A stretch of 49,074 bases of DNA from Sphingomonadaceae bacterium. Its GTDB lineage: Bacteria; Chloroflexota; UBA6077. The notes under the pieces were generated by a model. That model was not told the origin of the DNA and did not search any database. It worked only from the letters and a program-made list of their open reading frames with translations. The position numbers and the translations under genes are program-made. Each line of letters begins with the position of its first letter. Within the stretch, counting starts at the first letter, position 1. The DNA is taken from assembly GCA_050261575.1 (NCBI GenBank), contig JBLNDL010000029.1, positions 1-49,074 on the forward strand, read 5' to 3'. Shown here piece after piece: positions 40,562-49,074 of the stretch.

Positions 40562-40949
40562 GACCAGACACCGGCCTCACCTTCGTCGAGACCTGAAGCC
40601 GCGGAGCCACCTCCCCGCCTCAGGGCCGGAAGGTAGCGCACCGCAGTGGCGGGCGGAGTGGATGTCATCGCCAGCCCAGCCTGCAGTATCCGGAAGATGA
40701 TCAGTTGCTCTGCGCGCTCGAAGATGCCGCACGATGCGCATTTCGCGAGAATGTCGAGTCCCACTTGCCGCCATCGCCCGGTTCCGTGTACGATCTCGCC
40801 TGATCCCCGCCCCGTCCCAAGGCACCTCTGAAAGCAGTCCAGAGGGCGGAATCGCGTCTGCCACGGTCTCACCCGAAGTACTGGAGGGATCGACCTGGCA
40901 GTCCAAGGCTGACTGCTGAGAGTTGAACGCCCGATCGAGGAGGCCCGAA

Positions 40950-42290
40950 TTGCAGGACATCTTCCAGTACGTGGATTCCAACCGGAACTGGATGCTCCAG
41001 GAGCTGTTTGCACTCCTGAGGCAACCCAGCATCAGCACGCAGAACGTCGGGGTGGTGGAGACCGCCCAGATGCTGACCGCCATGATGCGGGACACCGGGA
41101 TCGACACCACGATCTACGAGACCTCCGGCTTCCCGATAGTGTACGGAGAGCTGCACTCGCCTAAGGCAATGCGAACCCTGCTGGTCTACGGCCACTACGA
41201 CGTCCAGCCCCCTGAGCCGCTCGACCAGTGGGACTCTCCACCCTTCGAGCCCACCATACGGAACGGCCGCATCTACGGCCGCGGCACTGCCGACAACAAG
41301 GGCCAGCTCTTCGCCCACGTCAAGGCGGCGGAGGCATTCCTGCGGACCCGCGGCTGGTTGCCAGTCAACCTGAAGTTCATCTTCGAAGGCGAGGAGGAGA
41401 TCAGCAGCCCCAATCTGCGCCCCTTCATCGAGTCCCACCGAGACCTGCTGCGGGCCGACGCCGCGCTCACGGCCGACGCCCCGGGCCACGAGTCCGGCCG
41501 TCAGCAGATCAACTGCGGCCTCAAGGGGATGTGCTACGTCGAGATACGGGCAAAGGGGGCCAACAAGGACCTCCACTCGATGCGCGCCCCGATGGTCCCC
41601 AATCCGGCGTGGAAGCTGGTGCACGCGCTGGCCTCGATGAAAGCTCCAGACGGGCGAATCCTGATTCCAGGCTTCTACGACAACGTCCGGCAGCCGACCG
41701 AAGCCGAGCTAGCGGCGGTGAGGGAGATCCCCAACGATGCGCCCGTCCAGCGAGCGCTGCTGGAGGTGGACGAGTTCATCGGCGGGGACGAGATGTATTA
41801 CCACAACTTCGTCTTCGGCAACAGTTGCAACATCGCCGGGCTCACCGCGGGTTACCAGGGCAAGGGAAAGAAGACGGTGCTCCCCAGCCGGGCCTCGGCC
41901 AAGATCGACTTTCGGCTGGTTCCGGACCAGACACCCGAGGAGATCTTCGAGAAGGTGAAGGCCCACCTCGAGAACAGCGGCTTCGGCGACCTGGAGGTGG
42001 AGTTCCTGGGCGGGCTGAACCCTTCGCGAACGCCGGTGGACCACCCCTACGTGCAGACCGTGGTTCGCGCGGTCCGCTTCGCGACGGGCAAGGAGCCGAT
42101 CGTGAGCCCGAGCATGGGCGGAAGCGGGCCGGATCACCTGTTCACCGGCGTGCTGGGGCTGCCCAGCGTTTGGCTGCCGCTCAGCCCGCACGACTCCAAC
42201 AACCACGCGCCCAACGAAAGCATCTTCCTGGAGGGCTTCTTCGAGGGGATCAAGATCAGCGCGTCCATCATGGAGGAGATGGGCAAGTAG
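40950..42290 (+). CDS. M20/M25/M40 family metallopeptidase (dipeptidase-like)
   Basis: YGHYDVQP, GRGTADNKG, EGEEEISS, NHAPNE; TTG 40950 after GAGGAGG. Confidence 0.92.
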   Translation: MQDIFQYVDSNRNWMLQELFALLRQPSISTQNVGVVETAQMLTAMMRDTGIDTTIYETSGFPIVYGELHSPKAMRTLLVYGHYDVQPPEPLDQWDSPPFEPTIRNGRIYGRGTADNKGQLFAHVKAAEAFLRTRGWLPVNLKFIFEGEEEISSPNLRPFIESHRDLLRADAALTADAPGHESGRQQINCGLKGMCYVEIRAKGANKDLHSMRAPMVPNPAWKLVHALASMKAPDGRILIPGFYDNVRQPTEAELAAVREIPNDAPVQRALLEVDEFIGGDEMYYHNFVFGNSCNIAGLTAGYQGKGKKTVLPSRASAKIDFRLVPDQTPEEIFEKVKAHLENSGFGDLEVEFLGGLNPSRTPVDHPYVQTVVRAVRFATGKEPIVSPSMGGSGPDHLFTGVLGLPSVWLPLSPHDSNNHAPNESIFLEGFFEGIKISASIMEEMGK

Positions 42291-42425
42291 CGATCGCGGG
42301 CGAGCCGTGCGGATCTGCCCCGCCCGTTCGGCTCGCCCAAGGACACCCACCGGACAGGGCAACCATGGCGGCCGGGGCTAATCGGCTCCACTCTCGCGGC
42401 CAGGCTAACCCCTATCCGCTTCTTC

Positions 42426-42454
42426 TTGACATCTTCCAAGCCCGAACCTACAAT
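42426..42454 (+). promoter_or_regulatory. Sigma70-type promoter of the peptide ABC operon
   Basis: TTGACA-17-TACAAT. Confidence 0.7.
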
Positions 42455-42698
42455 CGCCCCATGGAGTAACGAGCGATCGCCGTTTGGCCGGTTCTGCCCA
42501 GAGCGGCCAATCGGAGCCAGGCCAGTGCCAACCCTTCCATTCACCCATTCCGCCTCGTCTTACAGCCTGGCCTCGCCCTCGTCTCCCGCACCACCTTCGA
42601 GCTTCATCGCAGGGATTCCGGTAATCAGCGGCGTGCGCCACATTCCAGGTGAGCGCCATCTACCTGGGGACAGCTATAGATCGCTAGGGAGAAGACGG

Positions 42699-44477
42699 AT
42701 GACGAGGAGAACCAGTAGCTCTACAGGTCGAGAGGAGCGGAGTCAGGCAGGCATGACGCGTTCCCTCAACCGGCGAGACTTCCTGAAACTCGGTGCCGCC
42801 CTCGGCGCCGCGGGCGCCTTCGGCAACCTTCTCGTAGGTTGCGCCAGCAGCTCCACCAGCAAGGGCCCCGACAACGCCCCGGGCCAAGCCCCCGCCACCA
42901 AGAAGGATCTGCCCGAGGAGCGCAAGGTCCGAGAGCTGGAGCTGTTCATTACCACGGCGGACTACGACCCGATCCGCTACGAGTTCGGCCTCATGGCTGC
43001 CGAGAACTGGCGGAAGCTGGGCTTTGCCGTGAAGACGACCCCCCTGGAGTGGTCCCGCCTCTCCCAGTTGGGGAACGTCGAGCACGAGTTCGACTTCTAC
43101 ACCCTCAACTGGGCGGGCCGTGCCGAGCGCATCGATCCCGACTACTTCTGCTACCTAGTGCTCCACTCCTCACAGGTGGGCAAGGGGCAGCTAAACCACA
43201 ACGGCTACCAGAGCAAGGAGTACGACCAGTACGCCGAGGCCCAGCGCACCACCATGGACCAGGCCGAGCGGAAGAAGGCCGTCTTCAAGTGCCAGGAGAT
43301 CTTCGCCAAGGACCAGCCCCACACCCCCATCTGCACCCGCAACCAGTTGATGCCCTACAACTCCCGAGACTGGGAGGGATGGAGCGGCATGATCGGCGAG
43401 GGGCTTGACTCCCTCTGGAACTTCGTCAACGTCAAGCCGAAGACCGACCGCAAGATCCTGAAGTGGGGCTACCCCAGCGACGTCACAGTGCTGAACCCGC
43501 TGGTCACGGTCAACAACCACGACTTCCAGGTGCTGCGGCTGATCTACGACCGCCTCATGCAGATCGACGAGAAGGGCAACGCGGTAAACTGGCTTGCCAA
43601 GGAAATCAAGACGATCGACAACACCACCGTCGAGGTGACCATCCACTCCGGCATGAAGTTCCACGACGGCCAGCCCGTCACCGCCGAGGACGTCAAGTTC
43701 TCCTTCGAGTACCCCACCAAGGTCAAGTCCCCCTCCTTCCTGGCCATCGTGGAGCCGATCGAGGAGGTGACCGTCGTCAACGACACCACCGTGCGCTTCG
43801 CGCTGAAGAGGCCCTTCGCCCCATTCTTCGCGAACTGCCTCGCCCAGGTATTCATCCTGCCCAAGCACATATGGCAGGACGTTCTGGAGAAGAACAACCT
43901 GGCCAAGATCCAGGACTTCCCGAACGATAAGCCGATCGGCAGCGGGATGTTCAAGTTCGAGTACTGGCGGCGCAACGAGGAGATGAGGTTGGTCCGCAAC
44001 GACGGCCACTTCGTCAAGCCCGCCATCGAGGGCATCATCAAGATCCCCTACGCCAACGTCCAGGGCATGGTCGCGGGCGTGCAGAAGGGCGAGGCTGACT
44101 TCGGCGGCTGGTGGATCGAGCCCCTGCAGATGCGGGAGCTGGAGAAGACCGCACCCCATATCAAGGTGCTGGACGTCAGGGATCACGGCTACTACCACAT
44201 CAACTACAACATGCGCCGCAAGCCCTACGACGACATCGCCGTCCGCAAGGCGTTGGCCATGGCCATCCCCAAGCAGTTGATCCTGGAGCGACTGCTGGAG
44301 GGTCACGGCGAGATCACCCACACGTTCATCGCGCCCGCCAACGAAGCGTGGCACAACCCCAACGTCGAGAAGATCGAGTTCAGCTTGGACAATGCCCGAA
44401 AGGTGCTCGCGGACGCAGGCTACGAGTGGGGATCTGACGGGCGGATCTACTATCCCGAGGGCAAGACCAACTCCTGA
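42699..44477 (+). CDS. Peptide ABC transporter substrate-binding lipoprotein (Tat), family 5
   Basis: NRRDFLK, LVGC lipobox, KFHDGQPVTAEDVKFSF; start at 42699 or 42753. Confidence 0.88.
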   Translation: MTRRTSSSTGREERSQAGMTRSLNRRDFLKLGAALGAAGAFGNLLVGCASSSTSKGPDNAPGQAPATKKDLPEERKVRELELFITTADYDPIRYEFGLMAAENWRKLGFAVKTTPLEWSRLSQLGNVEHEFDFYTLNWAGRAERIDPDYFCYLVLHSSQVGKGQLNHNGYQSKEYDQYAEAQRTTMDQAERKKAVFKCQEIFAKDQPHTPICTRNQLMPYNSRDWEGWSGMIGEGLDSLWNFVNVKPKTDRKILKWGYPSDVTVLNPLVTVNNHDFQVLRLIYDRLMQIDEKGNAVNWLAKEIKTIDNTTVEVTIHSGMKFHDGQPVTAEDVKFSFEYPTKVKSPSFLAIVEPIEEVTVVNDTTVRFALKRPFAPFFANCLAQVFILPKHIWQDVLEKNNLAKIQDFPNDKPIGSGMFKFEYWRRNEEMRLVRNDGHFVKPAIEGIIKIPYANVQGMVAGVQKGEADFGGWWIEPLQMRELEKTAPHIKVLDVRDHGYYHINYNMRRKPYDDIAVRKALAMAIPKQLILERLLEGHGEITHTFIAPANEAWHNPNVEKIEFSLDNARKVLADAGYEWGSDGRIYYPEGKTNS

Positions 44478-44590
44478 TATGCCTTTCGGGGCGGCCCGGA
44501 ACCCTACCCTGGAGCGCGGCTCGACGCCCCCTTCGCGAGAACCGATGCGGCGTCGGGCCGCCGCAATCCTGTGAGAACGTCGAGGTACAG

Positions 44591-44666
44591 GACCACGAAG
44601 ACACCAGGACACCAGGATGCACCGCGCGGCATCGTTGACCCCTCGTGTCTCGGTGTCTTCGTGGTC
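44591..44666. repeat. Long inverted repeat built of GACACCAG/CACGAAGA-type octamers
   Basis: GACCACGAAGACACC...GGTGTCTTCGTGGTC perfect 15-bp arms between the SBP and permease genes. Confidence 0.65.
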
Positions 44667-44718
44667 GGGGCGGGGGGCCCCCTAAGGGACACTTGGAACT
44701 CGGCTACGAGGATCACCG

Positions 44719-45708
44719 ATGAGAAGCTCTCAAGGGCTTAGAGCCTACATCCTCCGTCGTCTCGTCCAGGGGGTGATCACCCTCTGGGTGCTCACCTCCG
44801 TCCTATTCTTCATGTTCAGGCTGCTGCCCGGGGATCCAACCTTGATGTACATCGACGCCGGCCTCCCCCAGGAGGTGCAGCAGCAGATCCGAGCGCAGTT
44901 CGGGCTGGACAAACCGCTGTGGGAGCAGTACTTCATCTACTTCGGCAACGTCCTCCACGGAGAGTTCGGCCGCTCCTTCTACTACAGGACGCCGGTAGCC
45001 GACATTCTGGTGGAGAAGATGACCGCCACCCTCCTGCTGATGGGCACTTCGGTGGTGGTTGCCTTCCTCCTCGGCAGCGTCGGCGGGGTGATCCTGGCCT
45101 GGAAGCGCGGCTCCAAGCTCGAGGTAGGGGGGCTAGTCGCCGCCTTGCTGCTCCGCTCGGCCCCCGAGTTCTGGACCGGGCTCGTGGCGCTCATGATCTT
45201 CGCGGGCTGGCTCGGTTGGTTCCCAATCGGTGGCATGCACACTCCCGGCCAGCAGTTTACCGGCTTCCTGCAGAAGTACGTCAACGCCGACTTCCTCCAC
45301 CACCTGGTGCTGCCGGTCATGGTGGCCGCGGGCTACTACCTGGCCAACCCCCTCCTCATCATGCGCAACTCCATGTTGGAGGTCGTGGGGGAGGACTTCG
45401 TCGAGATGGCCCGGGCCAAGGGCCTCTCGGAGCGCGCCGTCATGTTCAAGCACGCCATGCGCAACGCCCTGCTGCCGGTGGTGACGGTGGTCACCCTGAT
45501 GATCGGCTTCGCCGTGGGTGGGCAGGTGCTGGTGGAAACCATCTTCCGATGGCCGGGGATGGGCAGGGAGATGGTGCTCTCGGTTCAGCGGTCCGACTAC
45601 CCTATGGCCCAGGCCAGCTTCTTCGTCCTGGGGGTTATGGTAATCACCATGAACTTCATCACCGACCTGCTGTACGGCTGGCTGGATCCCCGCGTCACCT
45701 ACAACTAA
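44719..45708 (+). CDS. Peptide ABC permease (DppB/OppB-like)
   Basis: LLPGDP, FGLDKPL, EDFVEMARAKGL, VETIFRWPGMG, LDPRV. Confidence 0.93.
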   Translation: MRSSQGLRAYILRRLVQGVITLWVLTSVLFFMFRLLPGDPTLMYIDAGLPQEVQQQIRAQFGLDKPLWEQYFIYFGNVLHGEFGRSFYYRTPVADILVEKMTATLLLMGTSVVVAFLLGSVGGVILAWKRGSKLEVGGLVAALLLRSAPEFWTGLVALMIFAGWLGWFPIGGMHTPGQQFTGFLQKYVNADFLHHLVLPVMVAAGYYLANPLLIMRNSMLEVVGEDFVEMARAKGLSERAVMFKHAMRNALLPVVTVVTLMIGFAVGGQVLVETIFRWPGMGREMVLSVQRSDYPMAQASFFVLGVMVITMNFITDLLYGWLDPRVTYN

Positions 45709-45778
45709 GCGGGTATCTCTGGTTCATGCCAACTTCTCTGGCGGAAGACGTCTACTCCATTTAGAGATACCTGCTCAG
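45705..45778 (-). repeat. 74 bp MITE-like element, copy 5 (overlaps the permease stop codon TAA)
   Basis: CTAAGCGGGTATCTCTGG...TTAGAGATACCTGCTCAG. Confidence 0.88.
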
Positions 45779-45881
45779 CAGTCAACGTTCAGCCATCGGC
45801 AGTCAGCCATCGACAGGCAGTCGCGGGACAATCACAGCCGTTGGTCGAGGGCTGATAGCTGGCAGCACGAAGGATACTCCT

Positions 45882-46817
45882 ATGGCACAAATCACAACGG
45901 AAGTCCCGGTCCGACGCCCCCTGCGCCGTGGTCGCTCGAAGGCGATTCGGCAGGCGCTTGGCGCCGTCAAGAGCCAGTTCGTAGTGCTGAGCAAGGACAA
46001 GCTGGGGCTGGTAGGGCTGATCATCATGGGCTTCTTCATCGTCGTGGCGATCTTCGCCCCCTGGCTGGCGCCCCACGATCCCATGGAGACCCTGATGCGG
46101 CCCGACGGCACCATGGCAAGGATGGACCCCCCATCCCTGCAGTTCCCCTTCGGCACAGACCGGATGGGTCGCGACGTCCTCAGCCAGGTGATCCTGGGCA
46201 GCCGCGTGGCGCTCCTGGTGGGCATCCTCTCGGCCATCATGGTCGTCTTCATCGGAACCAACGTCGGACTCATCGCCGGGTACTACGGCGGCAAGGTGGA
46301 CGACTTGCTGATGCGCCTCACCGACATCGTCTACGGCGTCCCCTTCCTGCCCTTCGCAGTCATCCTGGTGGCCCTCCTGGGTCCGGGGCTACCGAACATC
46401 ATCCTGGCGATCGTCCTGATCACCTGGCGCACCACTGCCCGGGTCGTCCGCTCCCAGGTGCTCACCTTGAAGCAGCGAGCCTTCATCGACGCCGCCCGGG
46501 TCTCCGGTGCCGGAGACCTGCGAATCCTCTACCTCCATCTGGCGCCGAACGTCCTGCCCATCTCCTTCGTCTATGCCGCCATCTCCATGGGCTGGGCCAT
46601 CCTCACCGAAGCCAGCATCAGCTTCCTGGGCTACGGCGACCCGCTGCTGATCAGTTGGGGCAAGATCCTGTTCAACGCCTACGTCGCCCAGGCGGTGACC
46701 GTCGCCTGGTGGTGGGTGATGGCCCCGGGCGCCGCGATCATGCTGCTGGTGCTCTCCGGCTTCTTCATCAGCCGCGCCTACGAGGAGATCATCAATCCGC
46801 GGCTGAGGGGGCGTTAG
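45882..46817 (+). CDS. Peptide ABC permease (DppC/OppC-like)
   Basis: FGTDRMGRDV, FIDAARVSGA, HLAPNV, EASISFLG, SWG. Confidence 0.93.
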   Translation: MAQITTEVPVRRPLRRGRSKAIRQALGAVKSQFVVLSKDKLGLVGLIIMGFFIVVAIFAPWLAPHDPMETLMRPDGTMARMDPPSLQFPFGTDRMGRDVLSQVILGSRVALLVGILSAIMVVFIGTNVGLIAGYYGGKVDDLLMRLTDIVYGVPFLPFAVILVALLGPGLPNIILAIVLITWRTTARVVRSQVLTLKQRAFIDAARVSGAGDLRILYLHLAPNVLPISFVYAAISMGWAILTEASISFLGYGDPLLISWGKILFNAYVAQAVTVAWWWVMAPGAAIMLLVLSGFFISRAYEEIINPRLRGR

Positions 46818-46821
46818 TCCA

Positions 46822-47832
46822 ATGCTCGAAGTTCGCAACCTGAAAACCTACTTCAAGACCAAGGCGGGCTACGCCCAGGCCGTCGACGACGTCTCCTTCA
46901 CCATCCAGCCGGGGGAGAACTTCGGCCTGGTCGGGGAGTCCGGCTGCGGCAAGACCACGGCCGCCAAGTCCATCATCAAGCTGCTGCCACCCAACGGCGA
47001 GATCGTCGGCGGGCAGATACTCTACAAGGGTCGCGACCTGGTGAAGCTCACCAACGAGGAGATGCAGAAGGTGCGCTGGAAGGAGATCTCCATGATCTCC
47101 CAGAGCGCCATGAACTCCCTGGACCCGGTCTACCGGGTGGGCGACCAGATCGTCGAGGCGATCCAGGCGCACGAGCCCGTCAGCCGCGCGGAGGCGATGG
47201 ACCGAGCGAAGGAGCTATTCGGCCTGGTGGGCATCGACGCCAAGCGGCTGAAGGACTACCCTCACCAGTTCAGCGGCGGCATGAAGCAGCGCTCCATCAT
47301 CGCCATGTCGCTGGCGCTGAACCCCGGCCTGATCATCGCCGACGAGCCCACGACCGCCCTGGACGTCATCGTCCAGGATCAGATCCTCCGCCGGATCAAG
47401 AGCCTGCTGGAGAGCCATCGGGCCTCCATGATCTTGATCACCCACGACATCTCCGTGGTGGCGGAGATGTGCGACCGGGTGGCGGTGATGTACGCCGGCA
47501 AGATCATGGAGTGGGGTGACGTCGTCACCGTGTTCAAACGGCCCTTCCACCCCTATACCCTGGGGCTGCAAAACGCCTTCCCCAACGTCCACGGGCCGAA
47601 GCAGGAGCTGATCTCCATCCCGGGCACTCCGCCCAAGCTGGTCAACCCGCCGACGGGATGCCGCTTCGCCGCCCGCTGCCCCTTCGCCATCGATCGATGT
47701 CGGGAGGAGGAGCCGGCCATGGTGGAGGTGGGATCCGGCCACCAAGCGGCATGTCACCGGCTGGAGATGATCGATTGGATGCGGGTAGAGGCGGCGAAGA
47801 AGGAGAACTGGGACAAGGTGGGGGTCGCATGA
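46822..47832 (+). CDS. Peptide ABC ATPase (DppD/OppD-like)
   Basis: [30 protein letters not shown]-terminal Cys motif. Confidence 0.94.
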   Translation: MLEVRNLKTYFKTKAGYAQAVDDVSFTIQPGENFGLVGESGCGKTTAAKSIIKLLPPNGEIVGGQILYKGRDLVKLTNEEMQKVRWKEISMISQSAMNSLDPVYRVGDQIVEAIQAHEPVSRAEAMDRAKELFGLVGIDAKRLKDYPHQFSGGMKQRSIIAMSLALNPGLIIADEPTTALDVIVQDQILRRIKSLLESHRASMILITHDISVVAEMCDRVAVMYAGKIMEWGDVVTVFKRPFHPYTLGLQNAFPNVHGPKQELISIPGTPPKLVNPPTGCRFAARCPFAIDRCREEEPAMVEVGSGHQAACHRLEMIDWMRVEAAKKENWDKVGVA

Positions 47833-48815
47833 ACAAGATAATCGAGGTCAACAACCTTAAGAAGTACTTCCCCATCACCAGCGGCTTCTTCGCCACCCTG
47901 GTATCGCGGACGCCGCCCAAGGTACTCAAGGCGATCGATGGCGTCAGCTTCGACATCGCCGAGGGGGAGACAATCGGGCTGGCCGGGGAGAGCGGCTGCG
48001 GCAAGACCACGACCGCCAAGGTGATGGTCCGCCTGTACGACCCCACCGATGGGGAGATCCTCTTCCAGGGGGAGAACATCGCGCCCCTCAAGGGCAAGGC
48101 CCTCAAGCGCTTCCGCCGCCACGCCCAGATGGTGTTCCAGGACCCCTACGAGTCCCTCAACCCCCGCTACACCGTGGCCAACACCGTCGAGGAGCCACTC
48201 ATCATCCACGGCATCCGAGACCGGGACGAGCGGACCGAACGGATGGTGAAGGCAGTGGAGTTGGCGGGGTTGAGGCCGGCCGAGGACTTCCTCGACCGCT
48301 ACCCGCACGAGATGAGCGGCGGGCAGCGGCAGCGGTTGGCGATTGCCCGAGCGCTGGTGCTGGAGCCGAAGTTCATCGTCGCCGACGAACCGGTCTCCAT
48401 GCTGGACGTGTCCATCCGGGCCGGAGTGCTGAACCTGCTGCGACGCCTCACCGCCGACATGGGGCTGGCCAGCCTCTACATCTCCCACGACCTCTCCCTG
48501 ATCCGCTACATGTGCGATCGAACGGCCATCATGTACTTAGGAAGGATGGTGGAGATCGGGCCCACGGAGAAGGTAATCCAGCAGCCGCACCATCCCTACA
48601 CCCAGGTGCTGCTGGCCGCCGTCCCCAGCTCCGATCCCGAGCACCGCAAGACACCGCTCCAGATCGAGGGCGAGGTACCCAGCCCAATCGATCTGCCCAC
48701 GGGCTGCCGCTTCCACCCGCGTTGCCGAAAGGCTAAGCCCATCTGTCGGGAGGAGGATGCCCCGCGGATCGAGGTGGGCCCGAACCACTTCGTGGAGTGC
48801 CACCTGTACAAGTAG
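47829..48815 (+). CDS. Peptide ABC ATPase (DppF/OppF-like)
   Basis: ATGA overlap with the upstream ATPase; [37 protein letters not shown]. Confidence 0.94.
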   Translation: MNKIIEVNNLKKYFPITSGFFATLVSRTPPKVLKAIDGVSFDIAEGETIGLAGESGCGKTTTAKVMVRLYDPTDGEILFQGENIAPLKGKALKRFRRHAQMVFQDPYESLNPRYTVANTVEEPLIIHGIRDRDERTERMVKAVELAGLRPAEDFLDRYPHEMSGGQRQRLAIARALVLEPKFIVADEPVSMLDVSIRAGVLNLLRRLTADMGLASLYISHDLSLIRYMCDRTAIMYLGRMVEIGPTEKVIQQPHHPYTQVLLAAVPSSDPEHRKTPLQIEGEVPSPIDLPTGCRFHPRCRKAKPICREEDAPRIEVGPNHFVECHLYK

Positions 48816-48896
48816 CTGTCGGCCGGCGCCGTCGGCTTTCAGCCACCCGCTGGCGACGGACTTCGCCGCCAGCAGCGACACTACTTCGCTCCAGAA

Positions 48897-49004
48897 GTAG
48901 GGCAGGGGCTTGTCCCCTGCCGCTCGGTCCCTCGGCTACACGAGCGGCGGGGGACAAGCCCCCGCCCCATATCGCGGCTGGGGGCGACCGGCCGGGCGCC
49001 CCAC
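48897..49004. repeat. GTAG-type REP doublet plus a second REP-like palindrome
   Basis: GTAGGGCAGGGGCTTGTCCCCTGCC (48897-48921), inverted partner GGCGGGGGACAAGCCCCCGCCCCAT (48946-48970), GGGGCGACCGGCCGGGCGCCCCAC (48981-49004). Confidence 0.65.
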
Positions 49005-49074
49005 CGATCGTCAATGCGACAGCCCAGAGCGGCAACAGCCCCCACACGCACTAACGCGACGTCGACCCCGGAAC

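Overview
GC-rich bacterial chromosomal window, probably from a monoderm Chloroflexota-like organism (inferred from lipoprotein-type solute-binding proteins with Pro/Ala linkers and the style of the repeats). It is dominated by catabolic and transport genes: two GntR-led modules, tandem D-aminoacylase paralogues, two 3-hydroxyacyl-CoA dehydrogenase homologues, TTT and Dpp/Opp transporters, ligA, an orphan histidine kinase and an HhH-GPD glycosylase. I found no rRNA, tRNA or CRISPR array. Structure not explained by the gene list: (1) the TOBE-to-ADH interval occurs as two tandem units with different cargo, joined by duplicated gene ends (3' ends of hbd and ADH, plus a decayed TOBE 3' half), with an IS4-like remnant in the second junction; (2) five dispersed copies of a 73-74 bp hairpin element resembling a MITE; (3) an uncharacterised Fe-S gene pair upstream of tctCBA, behind a duplicated promoter/operator; (4) three sigma54-type promoters in front of small uncharacterised genes; (5) several enzymes with altered catalytic motifs. 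All calls come from reading the sequence by eye; no searches were run.
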